32,000 nt of DNA. Origin: Pseudoalteromonas tetraodonis. Lineage in GTDB: Bacteria; Pseudomonadota; Gammaproteobacteria; Enterobacterales; Alteromonadaceae. Positions 26,858 to 32,000 of this stretch are shown in pieces. Within the stretch, counting starts at the first letter, position 1. Every line of letters begins with the position of its first letter. The notes under the pieces were generated by a model, which saw nothing but the letters and a program-made list of their open reading frames with translations, was not told the DNA's origin and searched no databases. The DNA lies in the NCBI RefSeq assembly GCF_002310835.1, contig NZ_CP011041.1:1260001-1292000 (forward strand), written 5' to 3'. A program made the position numbers and the translations under genes.

Positions 26858-27382
26858 TTGGCCATAATTTTAGGGATCGATCCGGGCTCGCGTTTAACGG
26901 GTTACGGTGTGGTTGCGCATCAAGGTGCCAAGTTTACATACTTAGGCAGTGGCTGTATTAAATTAGCCGATCATGACTTTCCCACCCGACTTAAAATGAT
27001 TTACCAGGGCATTACGCAACTTATAGAGCAATTTTCGCCTGAAACATTTGCTATAGAAAAAGTATTTATGGCGCATAACCCTGATTCTGCTTTAAAGCTA
27101 GGTCAAGCCCGTGGTGCTGCGATTGTCGGTGCCTCTATGGCCGACTTACCGGTTTTTGAATACTCAGCACGGCAAATAAAGCAAGCCGTTGTGGGTAACG
27201 GTGGGGCAGATAAATCGCAAGTTCAACATATGGTTAAAAACATACTTAAACTGCCAGGTACGCCGCAAGCCGATGCGGCGGATGCGCTTGCAATTGCAAT
27301 TTGCCATGCCCACTCTGAACAAAATTTAATAAAACTAGCGGGTAGCGCAAGCAAAACCGTTAGAGGACGTCTAAGGAAATAA
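26858..27382 (+). CDS. ruvC: Holliday junction resolvase RuvC
   Basis: [18 protein letters not shown]... is nearly identical to the N-terminus of E. coli RuvC. It uses a TTG start. Confidence 0.95.
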   Translation: MAIILGIDPGSRLTGYGVVAHQGAKFTYLGSGCIKLADHDFPTRLKMIYQGITQLIEQFSPETFAIEKVFMAHNPDSALKLGQARGAAIVGASMADLPVFEYSARQIKQAVVGNGGADKSQVQHMVKNILKLPGTPQADAADALAIAICHAHSEQNLIKLAGSASKTVRGRLRK

Positions 27383-27384
27383 CA

Positions 27385-28002
27385 ATGATAGGTCGCTTAA
27401 ACGGCGTGTTAGTTGAAAAACAGCCCCCAGAAATACTATTAGAAGTGAGCGGCGTTGGCTACGAAGTACAAATGCCAATGACCTGTTTTTACGATTTGCC
27501 TAAAGTAGGCGACAACGCCATTGTGTACACTCATTTTGTAGTACGCGAAGACGCACAGTTATTGTTTGGCTTTAATAATAAAACCGAACGTGCGTTATTT
27601 AGAGAGCTGTTAAAAGCCAATGGAGTAGGGCCTAAATTAGGCTTAGCCATTTTGTCGGGCATGTCGGCGCAGCAGTTTGTAAGTTGTGTAAATAATGAAG
27701 ATGCCACTGCCTTGGTTAAATTGCCAGGGGTGGGCAAAAAGACCGCAGAGCGCTTAGTGCTCGAAATGAAAGACAGATTAAAAAATTGGGGTAATGACTT
27801 ATTTACCCCATTTAGCGATAGCGCCGTAATAGAGCCTGCGAGCGATGCAACTATAGCCAATAATGCGGCCGATGATGCGGTTTCGGCGTTAGTGGCGCTC
27901 GGTTATAAATTGCCACAAGCGCAAAAAGCAGTAAAATCAGTAAGCAAACCCGATATGTCGACTGAGGTTCTAATTAAAGAATCTTTGAAATCAATGCTGT
28001 GA
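27385..28002 (+). CDS. ruvA: Holliday junction branch migration complex subunit RuvA
   Basis: [12 protein letters not shown].., HhH region [12 protein letters not shown] / [12 protein letters not shown]. Its start is 2 nt after the ruvC stop. Confidence 0.95.
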   Translation: MIGRLNGVLVEKQPPEILLEVSGVGYEVQMPMTCFYDLPKVGDNAIVYTHFVVREDAQLLFGFNNKTERALFRELLKANGVGPKLGLAILSGMSAQQFVSCVNNEDATALVKLPGVGKKTAERLVLEMKDRLKNWGNDLFTPFSDSAVIEPASDATIANNAADDAVSALVALGYKLPQAQKAVKSVSKPDMSTEVLIKESLKSML

Positions 28003-28009
28003 GTAAATT

Positions 28010-29017
28010 ATGATCGAAGCTGATCGCTTAATAGATGCTGCTGAAAAAACCAACGAAGACACCATAGACCGTGCTATTAGGCCTAAGTTATTGGCCGACT
28101 ATCGTGGTCAGCCGCATGTTAAGCAACAAATGGAAATATTTATTGAAGCTGCGCGCAGTCGTAGCGAAGCGTTGGATCACTTATTGATATTTGGCCCACC
28201 AGGCTTAGGTAAAACCACGCTTGCTAATATTGTGGCGAACGAATTAAACGTAAATATTAAAACCACGTCTGGACCTGTGCTTGAAAAAGCGGGCGATTTA
28301 GCCGCATTGCTCACTAACCTTGAAGAGGGTGATGTACTGTTTATTGATGAAATTCACCGTTTGAGCCCGCAAGTTGAAGAAATACTCTACCCGGCAATGG
28401 AAGATTACCAGCTCGATATTATGATAGGTGAAGGCCCTGCAGCGCGTTCTATTAAGCTTGATTTACCCGCATTTACACTCATTGGTGCAACTACCCGTGC
28501 GGGATCATTAACTTCTCCACTGCGTGACCGTTTTGGTATTGTTCAGCGCTTAGAGTTTTACTCTGTGGAAGACTTATCGCATATTGTGGGGCGCTCAGCG
28601 CATTATCTTAGTTTAGAAATGTGTGACGATGGCGCGGCCGAAATAGCCAAACGTTCGCGCGGTACGCCACGTATTGCAAATCGTTTATTGCGCCGAGTGC
28701 GCGATTACACCCAAGTAAAGTCAGACGGTACGGTTAATGCTGAGGTGGCCCAACAAGCCCTCGACATGATTGACGTTGATAAAAGCGGTTTTGATTACAT
28801 GGATCGTAAATATTTACTCGCCATCATCGAAAAGTTTATGGGTGGCCCTGTTGGCCTTGACAACTTAGCCGCGGCAATAGGCGAAGAGAAAGAAACCATA
28901 GAAGATGTGATTGAACCCTTTTTAATTCAACAAGGATTTATTCAGCGTACGCCGCGAGGGCGAATTGTCTCTGATAATGCGTACCACCATTTTGGCTTGT
29001 TACCTAAAAAAGATTAA
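28010..29017 (+). CDS. ruvB: Holliday junction branch migration ATPase RuvB
   Basis: Walker [10 protein letters not shown], Walker [10 protein letters not shown], sensor region TTRAG..PLRDRFG. Confidence 0.95.
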   Translation: MIEADRLIDAAEKTNEDTIDRAIRPKLLADYRGQPHVKQQMEIFIEAARSRSEALDHLLIFGPPGLGKTTLANIVANELNVNIKTTSGPVLEKAGDLAALLTNLEEGDVLFIDEIHRLSPQVEEILYPAMEDYQLDIMIGEGPAARSIKLDLPAFTLIGATTRAGSLTSPLRDRFGIVQRLEFYSVEDLSHIVGRSAHYLSLEMCDDGAAEIAKRSRGTPRIANRLLRRVRDYTQVKSDGTVNAEVAQQALDMIDVDKSGFDYMDRKYLLAIIEKFMGGPVGLDNLAAAIGEEKETIEDVIEPFLIQQGFIQRTPRGRIVSDNAYHHFGLLPKKD

Positions 29018-29043
29018 ATAACCAGAATAACTAGACTCTTTCT

Positions 29044-29077
29044 AAAGCCACTGTCATTTTAACGACAGTGGCTTTTT
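29044..29077 (+). terminator. Rho-independent terminator after ruvB
   Basis: aaagccactgtc ... gacagtggc followed by T5. Confidence 0.85.
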
Positions 29078-29212
29078 AGTATGAGCAAAAGCTAAATTTA
29101 GACGTATTTTACTTTGCCAATAATTCACTGAGCGTTAAGACATATCAGGCTATTGTGCGCCTGCTGTAACGTTACTGAGGCCGAGTGTAGCTGATTTGAC
29201 AAATTGCGGGCA

Positions 29213-29239
29213 AAAAAAAGCCCGCAAATAATGCGGGCA
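29213..29239 (-). terminator. Rho-independent terminator on the minus strand with no annotated gene upstream
   Basis: The minus strand reads gcccgca-ttatt-tgcgggc followed by T8. Confidence 0.65.
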
Positions 29240-29388
29240 AACAACAAGTTTAAGGAAGTAATCTAGGGAACTACGTTTTACTTATTGAGGTCATACCCCA
29301 AGAAGTAAAAAAGTAATACGAAATAAATCATATTACGAAGAACTGGATTCAATGAAATAGCTTTCATTTAATGCGCTAGCTCGGTATG
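29213..29388 (-). ncRNA. Candidate ~175-nt transcript: sRNA and/or mRNA for a 29-codon hydrophobic peptide (29279..29368)
   Basis: It is bounded by a near-consensus sigma70 promoter (below) and the T8 terminator. The internal ORF is MKAISLNPVLRNMIYFVLLFYFLGYDLNK, with no clear SD. Confidence 0.35.
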
Positions 29389-29394
29389 GGAGAA

Positions 29395-29423
29395 TAATAC
29401 CGAAGCGGCAGAATTTGTTCAAA
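29395..29423 (-). promoter_or_regulatory. Candidate sigma70 promoter (TTGAAC-17-TATTAT) on the minus strand
   Basis: The -35 is at 29423..29418, the spacer is 17 nt, and the -10 is at 29400..29395. The predicted TSS is near 29388. Confidence 0.4.
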
Positions 29424-29891
29424 CTAGAAAATTTATATTTTCAGATTAAAAAAACTAATAGCAGGGGTTTTCTGTTTTTACTTAATGTTGCATGTTAATT
29501 AACCATTAATTCTATAAGTTAATGAAATGCTTTGTTTATGTATATTAACATATAAACGTTCGGTATTAGTTTTACTATTACGTTAAGGTAAGTGTGTAGT
29601 GTTTATGAGTGCTTATGCATTAATTTTGAATAAACAGCGTATTTTTGTGACTCTTTAGTGAAATTAAGCGGGCTTACAGATAGCTTTATTGTTATTTATT
29701 TATACAGTAAAACAAGAGTTAAGTAGTAAAACTATTTTTTTAACGTTTTTTGTTGGCTATTCACAGCAATATCGTTGTCAGCAGTAAATACACTAGATAC
29801 ACTAGCTGAACTTTAATGGTGGCTAATGTGTTACAAAGTTACCTTACTCAAATAAATCAATTTGATGTTTTTAATTATTTAGGAGTTTAAC

Positions 29892-30596
29892 GTGGGATCA
29901 GGGCTTAATTTTTTAGATCTAATTCTAGAAGCCAGTTTGCTTGTGCAATTAGTAATGCTAGCGTTGGTTGCTATGTCGGTTATGTCGTGGGCTATTATTT
30001 TTCAACGTAAAAAAGCCATCTCTGACGCCTTAGCAAATGCCAAAAAATTTGAGCAACGTTTTTGGTCTGGTGTTGACTTAAGTAAGCTATATAACGAAAT
30101 TTCATCACGCGGTGGTCAATCAACGGGTATTGAAGCGTTATTCACCTCAGGTTTTAAAGAGTTTGCACGCCACAAAAAAAATACCTTTCAAAGTGCAGGC
30201 ATTGTTATGGAAGGCACGCACCGTTCAATGCGGGTTGCGCTTTCTCGTGAAATAGAAAAACTAGAATCAAGCTTATCGTTTTTAGCAACCGTTGGGTCAA
30301 TTAGCCCTTACATAGGTTTGTTTGGTACAGTATGGGGTATTATGAATGCCTTTATTGCCTTAGGTGAAGTAAAACAAGCAACCTTACAAATGGTTGCACC
30401 AGGTATAGCAGAAGCTTTGATTGCAACAGCGATGGGTTTATTTGCGGCTATTCCTGCCGTTATTGCCTATAACCGATTTGCTAATAAAGTTGAAAAGTTA
30501 GAATCTCATTACATTAACTTTATGGAAGAATTTGCCAATATTTTACACCGTCAAGCAGCTACCCAAATAGAGGCTCAAGCGAATGTACCAGCGTAA
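29892..30596 (+). CDS. tolQ: Tol-Pal system protein TolQ
   Basis: GTG start with AGGAG 6 nt upstream. Strong collinearity with E. coli TolQ ([55 protein letters not shown]). Confidence 0.95.
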   Translation: MGSGLNFLDLILEASLLVQLVMLALVAMSVMSWAIIFQRKKAISDALANAKKFEQRFWSGVDLSKLYNEISSRGGQSTGIEALFTSGFKEFARHKKNTFQSAGIVMEGTHRSMRVALSREIEKLESSLSFLATVGSISPYIGLFGTVWGIMNAFIALGEVKQATLQMVAPGIAEALIATAMGLFAAIPAVIAYNRFANKVEKLESHYINFMEEFANILHRQAATQIEAQANVPA

Positions 30597-31014
30597 AAAG
30601 CGTCGCCCAGTCGCAGAAATTAATGTAGTACCATACATTGATGTAATGTTGGTGTTGCTTATTATATTTATGGCCACTGCGCCATTGATAACCCATGGCG
30701 TAAAAGTAGACCTACCAAAAATGGAAGAGTCAGACTTGGTTGATACCAAAGATACGCCGCCCATTATTGCCTCTATTGATTCGCAAGGTAAGTATTATGT
30801 AAGCATAGGTACTGATCCGGAAGAGCCAATGGAAGCATTAGATGTAGCCGCTGTAATTAAACTACAACTAATGAAAAACCCTGATACTCCAGTAATGATT
30901 AAAGGCTCAGGCAAAGTGTCGTATCAAGAAGTGTTACTGCTTATGGATTTTTTGAAGAATGCAGGTGTACCATCGGTAGGCTTAATGACCGAATCCTTTG
31001 AGGGGACCAAGTAG
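30583..31014 (+). CDS. tolR: Tol-Pal system protein TolR (ExbD family)
   Basis: [21 protein letters not shown] motif. 14-nt overlap with tolQ. Confidence 0.93.
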   Translation: MYQRKKRRPVAEINVVPYIDVMLVLLIIFMATAPLITHGVKVDLPKMEESDLVDTKDTPPIIASIDSQGKYYVSIGTDPEEPMEALDVAAVIKLQLMKNPDTPVMIKGSGKVSYQEVLLLMDFLKNAGVPSVGLMTESFEGTK

Positions 31015-31018
31015 TCAT

Positions 31019-31924
31019 ATGAATACGTCGTTAATCAAATCAGTAATACTGCATTTAGCATTAGGGGGATTTTTGTATGCATCAGCAAACATTCATCCAC
31101 CTAAACCTAAAGTAATGGAAGTGACGCTTAATGCCGCCATTCCTGAGCCAGAAAATGCGGTGTCTGCTGTGACCGTGGATCAACAGCAGGTTGAGCAAAA
31201 AATTGCTGAGTTACGCAAAAAAGAAGAAGATAAAAGGCGCGCTGAAGATAAACGCATTCGTGATTTAGAACGCCGCGCAGCAGACGCACGTAAGCAAAGT
31301 GAATCTGAAGCAAGACGCATTAAAAAGCTAGAGCAGCAGCGCAAAGCTAAAGAGAAAGAAAGAGCTGAAGCCGAAGCTCAAGCTAAAAAAGCCCGCGAAA
31401 TAGAACAACGTGAGCGAGCAAAGGCCAAACAAGCGCAAAAGCAAAAGCAAGAGGCTGAAGATGCTGCTAAAGCGGCTGCCGACAAACGCAAAGCCGAAGA
31501 AGCCGCGCTTAAAAAAGCGGAAGAAGAGCGTAAAAAACGTGCTGAAGAAGCCGAGCGTAAACGTCAGCAAGCATTGCAAGAACAAATACTGCAAGAGCAA
31601 CTTGCCAAAGAGCAGGCTGCTCGTAATAAAATACGTCAACAGCAAGTAGTGAGTGAAGTTGATAAATACCGTGCATTAATTATGGCGCGTATTCAGCAAA
31701 ACTTATTAATTGATGAAAAAATGAAAAACCAGCAATGCCGCATTAATCTCCGTCTTGGGTTTAATGGCTTGGTTACGCAGGTTAAGTCGTTAGGCGGTGA
31801 TAAGTTAGTGTGTGAAGCTGCTTTAAGAGCGGTTCGCATGGCTGACACATTACCGGTATCGAAAGATAAAGACGTATTCGAACAATTAAAGAATATTAAT
31901 ATAACCATCGCGCCAGAGTTTTAA
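31019..31924 (+). CDS. tolA: Tol-Pal system protein TolA
   Basis: N-terminal TM anchor, a long Lys/Glu/Ala-rich helical domain II, and a C-terminal globular domain. I prefer the ATG at 31019 (gagggg upstream) over the TTG at 30998. Confidence 0.88.
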   Translation: MNTSLIKSVILHLALGGFLYASANIHPPKPKVMEVTLNAAIPEPENAVSAVTVDQQQVEQKIAELRKKEEDKRRAEDKRIRDLERRAADARKQSESEARRIKKLEQQRKAKEKERAEAEAQAKKAREIEQRERAKAKQAQKQKQEAEDAAKAAADKRKAEEAALKKAEEERKKRAEEAERKRQQALQEQILQEQLAKEQAARNKIRQQQVVSEVDKYRALIMARIQQNLLIDEKMKNQQCRINLRLGFNGLVTQVKSLGGDKLVCEAALRAVRMADTLPVSKDKDVFEQLKNINITIAPEF

Positions 31925-31932
31925 GGGATGAC

Positions 31933-32000
31933 ATGTTTAACAAAATTAAAATAGCCTGTTTAGTTTTAATATTAGGGTTTCAGGGCGTTGCACACGCGGC
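31933..32000 (+). CDS. tolB: TolB, N-terminal signal peptide only (cut by the window end)
   Basis: MFNKIKIACLVLILGFQGVAHA.. follows an SD (aaggga), in the position expected after tolA. Confidence 0.75.
   Translation, partial: MFNKIKIACLVLILGFQGVAHA

Noticed and set aside
29205-29228. Plus-strand hairpin ttgcgggc-A8-gcccgcaa as a plus-strand terminator
   Set aside because: The loop is the A8 tract and no T-run follows on the plus strand. It is better explained as part of the minus-strand terminator arrangement.
31128-31908. ORFs 31128..31313, 31328..31645, 31410..31649 and 31693..31908, and the apparent DNA repetitiveness of this region
   Set aside because: They all overlap the Lys/Glu/Ala-rich domain II of tolA. 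The repetitiveness is low-complexity coding sequence, not a tandem repeat array or a CRISPR.
1-32000. CRISPR arrays, IS elements, transposases or integrases, and recognisable defence systems
   Set aside because: I saw no regularly spaced repeats and no ORFs with transposase, integrase, nuclease or defence-like motifs. The acquired-DNA signals are limited to the remnants described in the findings.

Overview
This is a chromosomal segment from a moderately AT-rich marine gammaproteobacterium. Gene content and order (tesA/ybbA/ybbP, ruvCAB, tolQRAB) suggest Alteromonadales, Pseudoalteromonas-like; that placement is inference only. From left to right the window holds: the 3' part of a CzcA/CusA-type RND metal pump with a coupled small ORF; a membrane PAS/degenerate-GGDEF/EAL protein; and a divergent cluster of isoaspartyl dipeptidase (iadA), a YfcC-type permease, a large TonB-dependent receptor and a secreted S51 cyanophycinase-like peptidase. 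I read that cluster as a cyanophycin / beta-aspartyl-peptide utilisation locus, and it is the best candidate here for an undescribed system. Next come a WrbA-like flavoprotein, a PilZ-like ORF and an acetyl-CoA hydrolase/CoA-transferase. A PAS-kinase / REC / REC-GGDEF-EAL cassette follows, bracketed by an intact copy and a decayed copy of a TM-anchored SAM methyltransferase. It lies next to gene debris and tRNA-Pro(GGG). The window ends with tesA-ybbA-ybbP, ruvCAB preceded by a LexA box, an 870-bp ORF-free gap carrying an orphan promoter-terminator unit (sRNA or 29-codon peptide), and tolQRA plus the start of tolB. I saw no CRISPR array, transposase, integrase or rRNA. All calls come from reading the sequence and recalling family motifs; no searches were run.
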